This document shows, piece after piece, positions 10,560-20,440 of a stretch of 64,000 nt of DNA (position 1 is the stretch's first letter; each line of letters begins with the position of its first letter). The stretch is from Sulfurospirillaceae bacterium (GTDB lineage: Bacteria; Campylobacterota; Campylobacteria; Campylobacterales; Sulfurospirillaceae), in NCBI GenBank assembly GCA_033723415.1, contig JAWVXD010000002.1, positions 1-64,000 on the forward strand, read 5' to 3'. The position numbers and the translations under genes were made by a program. The notes under the pieces are model-generated. The model was not told where the DNA came from. It searched no databases and saw only the letters and a list, made by a program, of their open reading frames with translations.

Positions 10560-11996
10560 TTATTTGTGTTCAAAAAGCCTGTACTTTTTGCTTACAAAGA
10601 TTTTGTCAAAATTTTGGATATTTTTTATTTTTGAGACATCATCTTTGTGCACCACGATAAAGTATTTTTTCGTAAGATTTTGTTCCATATTATCAAAATC
10701 TTGAACTGTAGTCAGATCTAATTTTTTTCCCATATAGTAGGTTGAAGAAAATGATTTTTTGTCTAAAAAATATATCGCCTCACCCGGTTTCTTAACGGCT
10801 TTGTATTTTGCGATCAAAAATTTCTCTGTTTTTATGGTTGATGGGAAAAGTAAAATAAAAACTAATGCAATCAATGAGACAATGGGCACAAATATAGAAC
10901 TAATACAAAACATCTTGTGCTCTTTTTCTAAAAACTGACCTTCTGCTCTATTGAAATAAAGGGCAATCAGTATAGCAAATGCCGGAAGGGACGGCAGTAC
11001 ATAGTACCACAAGACATTACTTGCAAAAGTAAAAAAAAGTATAATAAATAAAGTCCAACTTAGATAAAATGAAGCAAGATCATCTCGCATTTTTGCAATC
11101 ATGCCTTTTAGTCCACTTTTACTAAATAAATTTTTACCCCAAGAGTATACAGCGTAAAGACTCCAAGGCAAACTTCCTAAAAACAAATAGAACCAAATAA
11201 TACCATGAGGCGTTTTGTGGACATACCCGTATTTATCTCCATGCCATCCGGTATCTAAAAATCTACCAAGATTTTCTCCAAGAATAAAATACTTTAAAAA
11301 TCCAGGAGTTTTTATCTCTGCTACAATATACCATGGAAGAAAGATAAGAATCATTAAAAGAATACCGCTTTTCCATGGAAATTTTGCCAATAAAGAGATC
11401 CTTTTCTTGTATGAAAAGAGTACCCAAAGTGCGATAACACCACCGACAACGACTCCTGCTAGTGGTCCTTTTGTCAGTATTCCAAGGCCCACGCCTATAA
11501 AAAATAGGTAATTCCAAAATCTTTCTCTTCCGTTTATAACCATCAAAAAGGCAACTAATGATAAAGTGGTGCTAAAAGTAAGATACGGATCTGTTGTAAC
11601 CGCACCACTTAAGGCAAACACCAATAGCATACTAGAATATATAGTAATCGCGAGTAGTGCGCTTACCTTGTTGTGGAATGTTTTAACGAGCTTATAGATA
11701 AGCCAAGCCGTACAAAGTGTTATCAATAAAGAAGGAAGTCTTGGCACATAGTCATGAACTCCCAGAAACTTGTACGAAAGTGCTTGAGCCCAAAAAGCTA
11801 AAGGAGGCTTGCCCCAAAAAGGAACGCCGTAATCATAATACGGAGTAATCCAATCCCCAATTTTAGCCATGATCATAGCCGTATTGGCGTATCTGGCTTC
11901 AGTTGTATCAGCAAGAGGAAGAAATACCATCGATATCACTCTGGATAGGTTAATCAGCCAAAATAAAATTGTTAAATTTCGCACTTGTTTATTCAT
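10560..11996 (-). CDS. ArnT/PMT-like (GT-C) lipid-carrier-dependent glycosyltransferase
   Basis: DTTEARYA, WITP, KPPLAFW, RLPS and LTKGP motifs; multiple TM helices. Confidence 0.9.
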   Translation of the reverse strand: MNKQVRNLTILFWLINLSRVISMVFLPLADTTEARYANTAMIMAKIGDWITPYYDYGVPFWGKPPLAFWAQALSYKFLGVHDYVPRLPSLLITLCTAWLIYKLVKTFHNKVSALLAITIYSSMLLVFALSGAVTTDPYLTFSTTLSLVAFLMVINGRERFWNYLFFIGVGLGILTKGPLAGVVVGGVIALWVLFSYKKRISLLAKFPWKSGILLMILIFLPWYIVAEIKTPGFLKYFILGENLGRFLDTGWHGDKYGYVHKTPHGIIWFYLFLGSLPWSLYAVYSWGKNLFSKSGLKGMIAKMRDDLASFYLSWTLFIILFFTFASNVLWYYVLPSLPAFAILIALYFNRAEGQFLEKEHKMFCISSIFVPIVSLIALVFILLFPSTIKTEKFLIAKYKAVKKPGEAIYFLDKKSFSSTYYMGKKLDLTTVQDFDNMEQNLTKKYFIVVHKDDVSKIKNIQNFDKIFVSKKYRLFEHK

Positions 11997-12889
11997 CGAT
12001 TTGCCTTGTTTAATTTTTGTATAAAATCTTTAAATTCGTTAGATAAAAGAATCTGCATCTCTTTTTTTCTATTTGGGTCTGTGTAAAAGTCTTTAAATTT
12101 GTCATCACTCCAAGCACTATTTTCTACCTTGGATAAATATGCAGGATGTAAAAGTATCTCGACCGTTTTATCCCCTTTGTATGACTGAAGAGCTTTTTTG
12201 ATAGAATTAAAAGTCATATTGCCGGTAAATAACACACCAACAAAAATATCACTGTAAGATATCTTATGAACAGCTAATTTACGTGCAAGTTGCTTGGAAA
12301 AAAAGTTGAGTAGCAGATGTTTTATAATATTAAGACCAAAATAATTTTTTAAATCCCTGAAGGAGCTTAGGTCAATAAAAAACGGCTCTTTTGGAACTCG
12401 TATGTAAGAAATTTTTATATCTTTTAGTTCATGGTTCAACTCTACAAGTATATCACTTAAAAAAGGAATTGTATGATAATGCTGATGCGAATCCACTGAT
12501 ATTTCATTTTTTTGAAGTTTTTGTGCATATAATATAATCTGGTTCTTATACTCTTCTTTGATTTGAGTCTTTATGAGTTCTTTCTTGGAACTACTGCCAA
12601 GATAATAATCAAAGACAATCATCTCAAAGCTTTTGCAAAATTTACCGTTTGAATCCAATAGATAACCGATGTCGCCTGCTTTAGATATAGGATTTCCCTC
12701 TGCGATGTTAAGATGGAGGGAAGTACGCATATTTGGTCTTGTTTTAAGCAATTCTAACGATGCGTCTAGATCATGAGCATTTATCATAATACTTGTAGAA
12801 TTAAGCTCTCCGTCGTCAAAACACTTACAAATGACCTCACTCATATGAACTGAGTTTGCAAAGTCATCGGCGTTAACTATGATTTTCAA
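11993..12889 (-). CDS. YdjC/ChbG/HpnK family carbohydrate deacetylase (NaxD/LgmC-like)
   Basis: IVNADDF, SLHLN, DSHQHYH and EILLHP motifs. Confidence 0.9.
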   Translation of the reverse strand: MKIIVNADDFANSVHMSEVICKCFDDGELNSTSIMINAHDLDASLELLKTRPNMRTSLHLNIAEGNPISKAGDIGYLLDSNGKFCKSFEMIVFDYYLGSSSKKELIKTQIKEEYKNQIILYAQKLQKNEISVDSHQHYHTIPFLSDILVELNHELKDIKISYIRVPKEPFFIDLSSFRDLKNYFGLNIIKHLLLNFFSKQLARKLAVHKISYSDIFVGVLFTGNMTFNSIKKALQSYKGDKTVEILLHPAYLSKVENSAWSDDKFKDFYTDPNRKKEMQILLSNEFKDFIQKLNKANR

Positions 12890-13820
12890 TCAATTCTCCA
12901 AAGTAAAGCGGTCGCTTTTTGACTTCTAAGTGAATCTTCCCTATGTACTCGCCTATGATCCCCAATATGATAAGTTGGATAGATCCTATGAATATAATAA
13001 CAATTAAGGTAGTCGCATAACCTGTTCGTTCAACATTAAAAAAGAGATATTGTATGAAAGTATATAATCCAAAGACTCCAGAGACTATGACAGATATAAT
13101 ACCAAGATATGTAGCTAACCTCAAAGGCTTAGTAGAAAACTGCATGATCGAGTCAATAGCCAGGCCGAATGATCTTTTAAAGTTATATTTTGTTTTTCCT
13201 GAAAATCTATCAGGCACTTCAAATTCTAGCAGTTTAAAGTTATTGTACCCTATAAAATTCAAAAGTCCGCGAAACATCCTGTCATTTTCACTTATAGTCT
13301 TGAGCATTTCTATATGCTTTCGATCCAAAAGTCTAAAGTCGGGATAGTCTTTTGGTATTTTGATATCAGACAATTTATCAAGCATATAGTAGTATATTTT
13401 TGACAAGATCTTATATGTAGTCGTTTTATCACTTCCATGACTTATCTTTCTTGTCAAAACGACCTCATGCCCTTCCAACCAGCCATCTACCATATCTTTT
13501 ATCAATGCAGGAGGATGTTGCAGATCTCCGTCCATAAAAATAACACAATCTCCCTGTGCTTGATCCATACCTGCACTCATGGCTATCTCATGTCCAAAAT
13601 TTCTGTATAAGTTGTAGATTTTTATATTTTTGTATTTCTTCATCAAAGTTTGAATATTCTTTAGAGTATTATCCGTGCTTCCGTCGTTAACACATATATA
13701 TTCAATATCTACTTTGTCTTTTAGTTCTAATTCTATCTTGTATAACTCTTCAAATAATTTATGTGTATTGCCCTCTTCATTATATAAAGATATAACAATG
13801 CTTACCAATTTAGGCTTCAT
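12873..13820 (-). CDS. GT2 polyprenol-phosphate glycosyltransferase (GtrB/ArnC-like)
   Basis: YNEE, NDGSTD, RNFGHE, MDGDLQHPP and DFRLLDR motifs; two C-terminal TMs. Confidence 0.92.
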   Translation of the reverse strand: MKPKLVSIVISLYNEEGNTHKLFEELYKIELELKDKVDIEYICVNDGSTDNTLKNIQTLMKKYKNIKIYNLYRNFGHEIAMSAGMDQAQGDCVIFMDGDLQHPPALIKDMVDGWLEGHEVVLTRKISHGSDKTTTYKILSKIYYYMLDKLSDIKIPKDYPDFRLLDRKHIEMLKTISENDRMFRGLLNFIGYNNFKLLEFEVPDRFSGKTKYNFKRSFGLAIDSIMQFSTKPLRLATYLGIISVIVSGVFGLYTFIQYLFFNVERTGYATTLIVIIFIGSIQLIILGIIGEYIGKIHLEVKKRPLYFGELIENHS

Positions 13821-14220
13821 GACTCACTCCTTGCCTAAGAAAAACAAATTTTTTATATATCAAGTAGTTCTGCAAAGCTACGATCGCCGATGTTAATAAC
13901 TGAGAGACGATGACTCCATTGTGCAGAAGATTATGAAACAATGTAAATAAGATTAAATTGCTCACAAAAGAGATCGAAACCGTGATTATATACTTAAACA
14001 CCGAACTATTATGCTTCTCATCTGAATCGAAGGTATAATAATACTGAAATATATAATTTACAACAGCGCCTACTATAACTCCTGCAGAAGTCGATAAACT
14101 GGCATTTACGCCAAGCCAAACCAATAGTGCCATAGTTCCAAGATGAAAAACTACCGCAGTGCCGCCACTGATAATAAATCTTTTAAGTTGATGGATATCT
14201 AATTTTTTGTGGCTAATCAC
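13810..14220 (-). CDS. GtrA family flippase-like membrane protein
   Basis: 136 aa with four TMs; RFIISG, NY..Q..YTF and NYLIYKKFVF pattern. Confidence 0.88.
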   Translation of the reverse strand: MISHKKLDIHQLKRFIISGGTAVVFHLGTMALLVWLGVNASLSTSAGVIVGAVVNYIFQYYYTFDSDEKHNSSVFKYIITVSISFVSNLILFTLFHNLLHNGVIVSQLLTSAIVALQNYLIYKKFVFLRQGVSHEA

Positions 14221-14292
14221 TATAAAAACCTTACTATAAATACATGTATTGTTGAAATCATATTATACATAAATGAACCACAAATGAAAAAT

Positions 14293-15351
14293 CTATTCTT
14301 TAAAATACGAATATAAAGAAAACAGTCCCAGAAGGAACATTGGTAGCATAATTCCAATTTCCGGGATTATCACGGAATTCATCGCCAATTTACTAAATAA
14401 AAATAAAATTCCCCACGTACCCAAACTTACGAATATAAGAATGAATGATATGAGTGTAGTATTGTAATACCTAGAAATTATCGGAATTTTTGATGAAAAG
14501 ATCAAAATCAACAATGGAGCAAACAATGGCAAGAACAGCTGTGATAGAATTATGGTTTTTATCCTACTTGTATCAAATCCTTGAGCATTGAAAAATTTGA
14601 AAGCATCAATAGCATCTAAAACAGAAAGATTGGCTTTCCCTTTGTAGACATTATCTATAATTTTAGGTCTAAAATCCTTTAATGTCTCCAATTTTGCAAA
14701 TTTTTCGATACCCAATCCCTCACCGCCAAGAGTTTCTACTTTTGGCTTTATAGTTTTTACAACATTATATAAAACCCAATTTTTCTCTTGATAATAACCT
14801 TTTTTTGCTTCTAGTATATATTTTAAATCCATATTTACGACATGAAAGATCTTTATATTTGTTGCTTCTTTTTTGATAGGATTTAATTTTTCAAAATATA
14901 TATAATCATCATTGTTTTTTAAAAATAATCCTTCAGTATTGGTAGAAATCTGATTATACTGCAATATATTCGTACTATATTCTCTAGCATATGAAAAAGA
15001 TGTAAAGGTAAAAGATATATAAACGATGATTATAGCCAATGCACTAAAGAACACAGGTCTAGTAAATGCTTGTCTGCTTACGCCAAGTGCACTCAAACTA
15101 ACAAGTTCATTAGATTTTATCATAGATATCATAGTTGCTATCATCGCAAATATAACTGATAAAGGCAAAACGAAGTTGATAGCATACATGCTTTCAAACA
15201 TAGTGTATAGTATCTGCAAGTTTGCTGATTTTGGAAGTTTTTGATAAGTAGTAAGTAAATCAATACCTATATAGAAAAATTCCAGTGCACATAAGATCAC
15301 AAAAAAGTTTTTTAAATAATTAAAAACTAGATACTTTTGGTATATTTTCAT
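14293..15351 (-). CDS. LPS export permease, LptF/LptG family
   Basis: LPLSVIFA...SNELVSLSALGVS; periplasmic beta domain; follows pth. Confidence 0.9.
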   Translation of the reverse strand: MKIYQKYLVFNYLKNFFVILCALEFFYIGIDLLTTYQKLPKSANLQILYTMFESMYAINFVLPLSVIFAMIATMISMIKSNELVSLSALGVSRQAFTRPVFFSALAIIIVYISFTFTSFSYAREYSTNILQYNQISTNTEGLFLKNNDDYIYFEKLNPIKKEATNIKIFHVVNMDLKYILEAKKGYYQEKNWVLYNVVKTIKPKVETLGGEGLGIEKFAKLETLKDFRPKIIDNVYKGKANLSVLDAIDAFKFFNAQGFDTSRIKTIILSQLFLPLFAPLLILIFSSKIPIISRYYNTTLISFILIFVSLGTWGILFLFSKLAMNSVIIPEIGIMLPMFLLGLFSLYSYFKE

Positions 15352-15920
15352 ACTAGCAGTTCATTTGTAAATTTTTGATTTAGAGTGTATTTTTGAGATA
15401 CACTTTGCAAATCTTCACTAATCAAACTCAAACTAGCTTGTTTTGCATGATCTATGATATTTCCCAAACGCTCTTTTTCTCCTGTTGAAAAATCTGATAG
15501 AACATGAACGATCACCTTGTCTCTGTCTTTTGGTTTACCGATTCCTACTCTCACTCTATAATAGTCTTTACCTATATGCGCATCTATTGACTTTAAGCCA
15601 TTGTGTCCACCGTTGCCGCCGTCTAATTTAAACCTAAGCGTTCCAAAAGGCAAATCTAGATCATCATGTATTACTATGATAGTTTCCGGATTAAAATAAT
15701 CGCAAACAGCGCGTACACTTTCACCTGATAGATTCATATAAGTGAGAGGTTTTAACAATAATAGATCTTTGTGTTTATATAGTTCGCCTTTGAAAGCAGG
15801 CTTTTTTAAAGAGGTGCAGGAGAGGCCCTCCAAAAGTGCATCGATAACCATAAAACCTACATTATGTCGGTTTTTGCTATATTGTACTTCCGGGTTGCCA
15901 AGTCCTACGATTAGATTCAT
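15348..15920 (-). CDS. pth: Peptidyl-tRNA hydrolase
   Basis: GLGNP, RHNVGF, KPLTYMNLSG and GGHNGLKSI motifs. Confidence 0.97.
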   Translation of the reverse strand: MNLIVGLGNPEVQYSKNRHNVGFMVIDALLEGLSCTSLKKPAFKGELYKHKDLLLLKPLTYMNLSGESVRAVCDYFNPETIIVIHDDLDLPFGTLRFKLDGGNGGHNGLKSIDAHIGKDYYRVRVGIGKPKDRDKVIVHVLSDFSTGEKERLGNIIDHAKQASLSLISEDLQSVSQKYTLNQKFTNELLV

Positions 15921-15933
15921 ATGTTTGTAATCA

Positions 15934-16470
15934 CTACTTAGCTTTGATTACTCCAACAACTGAAATTCTATCTTCATCCATGATTTGTACGTTTTTATCT
16001 ACTTTTATATCACGAACCAAAATAGTGTCACCGACATCCAAATCAGTTACATCAAGTGTATATTCATTTGGTAAATGTTCAGCTGCACATTTAACACAAA
16101 GTCTTTTTTTAGATTGTGCCAATACGCCTTTATTTCTTAAACCTTTTGGAGTACCTACTGTTTTTACAGGAACTAAGTATTTTGTAAGAACGCCCGGAAG
16201 TGCTATTCTTAGATCAACGTGTAAAAATTTACTTTTTACAGGATCTTTTTGATACTCTTGTATTACAACATTAAACTCTTGTCCGCCTACTTTCACAGGG
16301 AATATAAGAGTTTCTTTATTTCTAACTGCTTTTACGAATTCATTTTCTTTGAATGCAGCATTGATATTTTCAACGCCTTTTCCGTAAATGTTGGCAATTA
16401 GGTAACCATCTCTACGAAGCTCTCTAGTAGCTTTCTTTGTGATACTCTCTCTAACGATGCCTTCTAACAT
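15934..16470 (-). CDS. rplY: 50S ribosomal protein L25/Ctc
   Basis: [15 protein letters not shown] and HVD motifs; upstream of pth. Confidence 0.96.
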   Translation of the reverse strand: MLEGIVRESITKKATRELRRDGYLIANIYGKGVENINAAFKENEFVKAVRNKETLIFPVKVGGQEFNVVIQEYQKDPVKSKFLHVDLRIALPGVLTKYLVPVKTVGTPKGLRNKGVLAQSKKRLCVKCAAEHLPNEYTLDVTDLDVGDTILVRDIKVDKNVQIMDEDRISVVGVIKAK

Positions 16471-16534
16471 AATTGTCCTTTTAAAAAATTATAAGGCGAC
16501 CATTATACTGAAATAAAACTAAATCTTGTATAAA

Positions 16535-17722
16535 TTACTTTTTCAACCCAATTATATCATTGTCATTTGCCATATTTTCTTCTTCAGCCTGTCTTTTTTG
16601 TTTTGCTTTATTTGCATCAAAGTAATCCAAATCTAACGCTAAGTCATTTCTGCTAGTTGCGTTTGCCAGCGCTTCATCTCTAGTGATTCTTTCTCTTGCA
16701 TATAAATCTAAGAGTGCTTGATCAAACGTCTGACACTTATAAATATCTTTACCTTCTTTTATAGCATCTGTAATTTCATCATCTCTTGCTTCTAAAATCA
16801 AACTTGAAATTCTCGAATTATTTACCAGAACTTCGACCGCTGCAGTTCTTTTCCCATCTGTTGTTCTAACAAGCCTTTGCGAAACAATACCTTTGAGCGT
16901 AGATGCTAGTGACATCTTAATTCTGTTTTGTTCAGCACCGGGAAACATACCAAGTATTCTACCTATAGTCTCTTTTGCATCCAGCGTGTGTAGGGTAGAT
17001 AATACCAGGTGCCCTGTTTCTGCTGCATGCATAGCCGTTTCTATAGTCTCTAAATCTCTCATTTCTCCAACCAATATAACATCTGGATCCTCTCTAAGTG
17101 CGGCTCGGAGTGAATCAGAAAAGCTAATTGCATCTTGTCCTATTGCTCTTTGATTAACAATCGATTTTTCATCTTTATAGACAAATTCAACCGGATCTTC
17201 TATAGTTATGATGTGTTTTGGATGATTTTGATTTATATAATTTATCATAGCAGCCAAAGTAGTCGTTTTCCCGCTACCCGTAGGGCCAGTAACCAAAACC
17301 AATCCTCTGCCCACCCCGCAAAAAGAATGTATCACATCAGGAATTTGTAAAGATTCTATTGTTGGAAGCTTTGTAGGAATAGTCCTAAAAACTGCTGAGA
17401 CTCCGTCTACTTGAAAAAAGATATTGACTCTAAATCTATAATTGTCATTTAATTTATATGTAAAATCAAGATTCTTTTTTTCCACAAGCGAAGGGAACCT
17501 GGTTCTTAATAACTCTTTTGCCAAAGTCAGGCTATCTTCATAAGACAATATTTCCTTCGATAAAGGAACTATTTGACCATTTATACGCCCGCGAATATTT
17601 GAACCGCTTTTTATATGTAAGTCACTTCCGTTATATTCTACTAACTTAGCAAGATAAAACTTCAATTTTTTTGAGAGTTCAAAAGTTAAATTCTCTACAT
17701 TAATCTCGTATTTTTCGCTCAT
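16535..17722 (-). CDS. PilT/PilU family retraction ATPase
   Basis: GPTGSGKTTT, TIEDPVE, LREDPDVILVGEMRD and ETGHLVLSTLH motifs. Confidence 0.92.
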   Translation of the reverse strand: MSEKYEINVENLTFELSKKLKFYLAKLVEYNGSDLHIKSGSNIRGRINGQIVPLSKEILSYEDSLTLAKELLRTRFPSLVEKKNLDFTYKLNDNYRFRVNIFFQVDGVSAVFRTIPTKLPTIESLQIPDVIHSFCGVGRGLVLVTGPTGSGKTTTLAAMINYINQNHPKHIITIEDPVEFVYKDEKSIVNQRAIGQDAISFSDSLRAALREDPDVILVGEMRDLETIETAMHAAETGHLVLSTLHTLDAKETIGRILGMFPGAEQNRIKMSLASTLKGIVSQRLVRTTDGKRTAAVEVLVNNSRISSLILEARDDEITDAIKEGKDIYKCQTFDQALLDLYARERITRDEALANATSRNDLALDLDYFDANKAKQKRQAEEENMANDNDIIGLKK

Positions 17723-17763
17723 GTTAGTCCTTTGTATTTCAAATATTTTACCATATTTGTAAT

Positions 17764-18762
17764 TTATTCACTTTTATAAGCAGATAAAGCTTTCAATATC
17801 TCTTTAAATGCTTCCATAAAAGAGCTCAAACCTTCTTTCATCAACTCATCACACACACTGTCCATATCAATACCGTTGGCTTTTAGTGTATCAAAAAAGG
17901 ATTCGATGCCTTCTTCTTTTATCTCTGTATTTTTATCATTGTGATCAACAAAATATTTTATCGTCTCAAGAGGAGCAGTATTTATAGAATTTTTACACAA
18001 TAGACCTTTGATATAATAATCTGCTTCCAATGCATCTCCTTTAACGCCCGTACTTGCAAACAAACATCGGACATTTGGCAAAGAATACTTCTGTATAAGG
18101 TCATATACCCTAAGTGCATTATAGATCCCGACTTTAGAAACGGCTAAATTTAGTTTTTTTAATTGATCATCAAGTTTTCTATCAAATCTACTAACAAACA
18201 CACTTATCACAGCTTTTGGAAGTTTATTTTCTTCGCATAAATCATTTCCCTTTTTGAAAGCTTCCAAACATTGTCTTGTTTGTTCCACAGAAAATATCAG
18301 TGTTGCGTTTACATTAATTCCTTCACTTATCAACTGTTTCATAGCCTTATAACCAGCTTCAGTCGCAGGTACTTTGATCATTACATTTGGCATGCCTATC
18401 GCAGAGAACAGCCTTCTCCCTTCATTGATAGTGCCTTCTGAATCATTACATAAAAACGGGTCTACCTCTATACTGATAAATCCATCATCACCTTGTTCGT
18501 ACAAAGGCAATAACTTTTCTGCTGCCTTTTTAATGTCTTTTATAGCCAAGGCTTCATAAATCTCTTTTGCTTCCAAATCTTTCATATCTAATATATCTTT
18601 TTTATATGCCGGAGAGTTTAAAATCGCTGCTTTAAATATAGCAGGATTGCTAGTTGCTCCGTTGATAGTGCCATTATTTATAAGATCAACAAACTCTCCC
18701 TCAAGAAAACTTCTCTCCACAAAATCACACCAAAGCGAAAAATTCAAACTATCTACATACAT
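17764..18762 (-). CDS. tal: Transaldolase
   Basis: GATSNPAIF, ISIEVDP, MIKVPAT and SVFVSRFD motifs. Confidence 0.95.
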   Translation of the reverse strand: MYVDSLNFSLWCDFVERSFLEGEFVDLINNGTINGATSNPAIFKAAILNSPAYKKDILDMKDLEAKEIYEALAIKDIKKAAEKLLPLYEQGDDGFISIEVDPFLCNDSEGTINEGRRLFSAIGMPNVMIKVPATEAGYKAMKQLISEGINVNATLIFSVEQTRQCLEAFKKGNDLCEENKLPKAVISVFVSRFDRKLDDQLKKLNLAVSKVGIYNALRVYDLIQKYSLPNVRCLFASTGVKGDALEADYYIKGLLCKNSINTAPLETIKYFVDHNDKNTEIKEEGIESFFDTLKANGIDMDSVCDELMKEGLSSFMEAFKEILKALSAYKSE

Positions 18763-19382
18763 ATATTTTCCTCTAAAATTTTTGTTAAATCTTTATCATT
18801 TATAATAATATTTGCTTCTTTTCTCAAAATCTCTTTAGCACAAAATGCAACCTTTGTATCGGCAAATTCAAACATAGAGAGGTCATTTGCCCCATCTCCT
18901 ACAACCATTGTATCCTTTTGACTTATCTTTAGAAGAGATTGGATTCTTTGCAGCATATCTCCTTTTGAGTAATTAAACATCATATCTCCACCTACAAGTC
19001 CTGTCAATATGTCGTCTTTGACATGAAGAATATTTGCAAAGTCGGCATCATACCCTAAGATTTCCTTAGCATAACTTGTCGCATTTCTAAATCCACCGCT
19101 AAATACGATAACTGTGTAATTATGTTTTTTCAATTCCCTAATGGTTTCCTGCGCCCCCTTCATATACGGCAAGCTATGGCATATCTCATCTACTGTTTCT
19201 TCTTTTAAGCCTTTGAGGAATTTAACTCTTTTGGTAAGACTTTCAAAAAAGTCTATTTCGCCCTTCATCGCTTTTTCCGTAATCAGCGAAACTTCTTCTT
19301 CAAAATTCAACTCTTTTGCCAAAAAATCAATAGTTTCTCCGTCCATCAAAGTCGAATCAAAATCAAATACACATAATTTCAT
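18753..19382 (-). CDS. serB: Phosphoserine phosphatase
   Basis: FDFDSTL, SGGF and GDGANDL motifs. Confidence 0.95.
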   Translation of the reverse strand: MKLCVFDFDSTLMDGETIDFLAKELNFEEEVSLITEKAMKGEIDFFESLTKRVKFLKGLKEETVDEICHSLPYMKGAQETIRELKKHNYTVIVFSGGFRNATSYAKEILGYDADFANILHVKDDILTGLVGGDMMFNYSKGDMLQRIQSLLKISQKDTMVVGDGANDLSMFEFADTKVAFCAKEILRKEANIIINDKDLTKILEENICM

Positions 19383-19608
19383 TATTTGTCCTAATATTAA
19401 TACCTAATGATACAAAAAATCATTTTATAAACCAATAAAAATATATTTAAAAGAATTTATTGCTAATTTTGTAAATTTTATAGTATAATACTTACCTAAC
19501 TATATTTTTCGATAACCCTATGCATTTATGATGGGTATTTTAAAAATATTAAACAGAGCATGTGTTTGTTTATTGATTAATATAAAACTATTTAAAGGAC
19601 AAGAAAAG

Positions 19609-19887
19609 ATGCAAATATATGTTGGGAACATTTCCTATGCAACAACAGAAGAAGGTTTGGAAAGTTTATTTGGCCAATTTGGGGAAGTTGAGTCTGTAAA
19701 GATTATTACTGATAGAGAAACTGGCAGAGCAAAAGGCTTTGGTTTTGTTACTATGAATGATGATAGTTCAGCACAAAAAGCAATTGACGAATTAAATGAA
19801 AAAGAATTTGAAGGAAGAACTCTTAGAATTAACGAAGCTAGACCAAGAGAAGAAAGACCAAAAAGAAACTTCAATAATAGATTCTAA
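19609..19887 (+). CDS. Single-RRM RNA-binding protein (start moved to ATG at 19609)
   Basis: IYVGNI (RNP2) and KGFGFVTM (RNP1) motifs; LRINEARPR tail. Confidence 0.95.
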   Translation: MQIYVGNISYATTEEGLESLFGQFGEVESVKIITDRETGRAKGFGFVTMNDDSSAQKAIDELNEKEFEGRTLRINEARPREERPKRNFNNRF

Positions 19888-19940
19888 TCTTAATTTTGTA
19901 GAAAACTATAATTAAATAACTTAAAAACTAGAGACTTCTT

Positions 19941-20435
19941 TTAGAAGTCTCTTTTTAACAATGAATCCACTTTCAAGATAGTAAGCATACTGTCATCTCT
20001 TTTCCCTATCCCGTAAATGAGTCCAGTATCTGACATTATAGTCTCAGGCGGCGGATCAATCCTATTTCTCTTAATTCTTATTGCCTCTGTCAATCTGTCT
20101 ATAACAAAACCTGCTATATTGTCGTCATTTTTCAAAACTATATATCTTGTATCACTACTTTGTTTTTTAGTTTCTAGTTTAAATTTTCTTCTGAGGTCGA
20201 TCAGAGGGATAACATCACCTCTAAGATTAAAAACTCCCAAAACATAATCAGGAACCTGAGGTACCCTTGTATATTCTAATGGTTTTATTATCTCCTGGAT
20301 ACTGAGTATTGGGATAGCATACTCCTCATCTCCAATAATAAAACCTACCAATTGTATTACATCATCCTCAACTTTTTGCGGCTCTTGTATCTGCTTTTTT
20401 TGTTTCTCTATGACCTTCGTTAATTTTTCATTCAT
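19941..20435 (-). CDS. cheW: Chemotaxis coupling protein CheW
   Basis: TRVPQVPDYVLGVFNLRG motif. Confidence 0.95.
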   Translation of the reverse strand: MNEKLTKVIEKQKKQIQEPQKVEDDVIQLVGFIIGDEEYAIPILSIQEIIKPLEYTRVPQVPDYVLGVFNLRGDVIPLIDLRRKFKLETKKQSSDTRYIVLKNDDNIAGFVIDRLTEAIRIKRNRIDPPPETIMSDTGLIYGIGKRDDSMLTILKVDSLLKRDF

Positions 20436-20440
20436 ATTGA

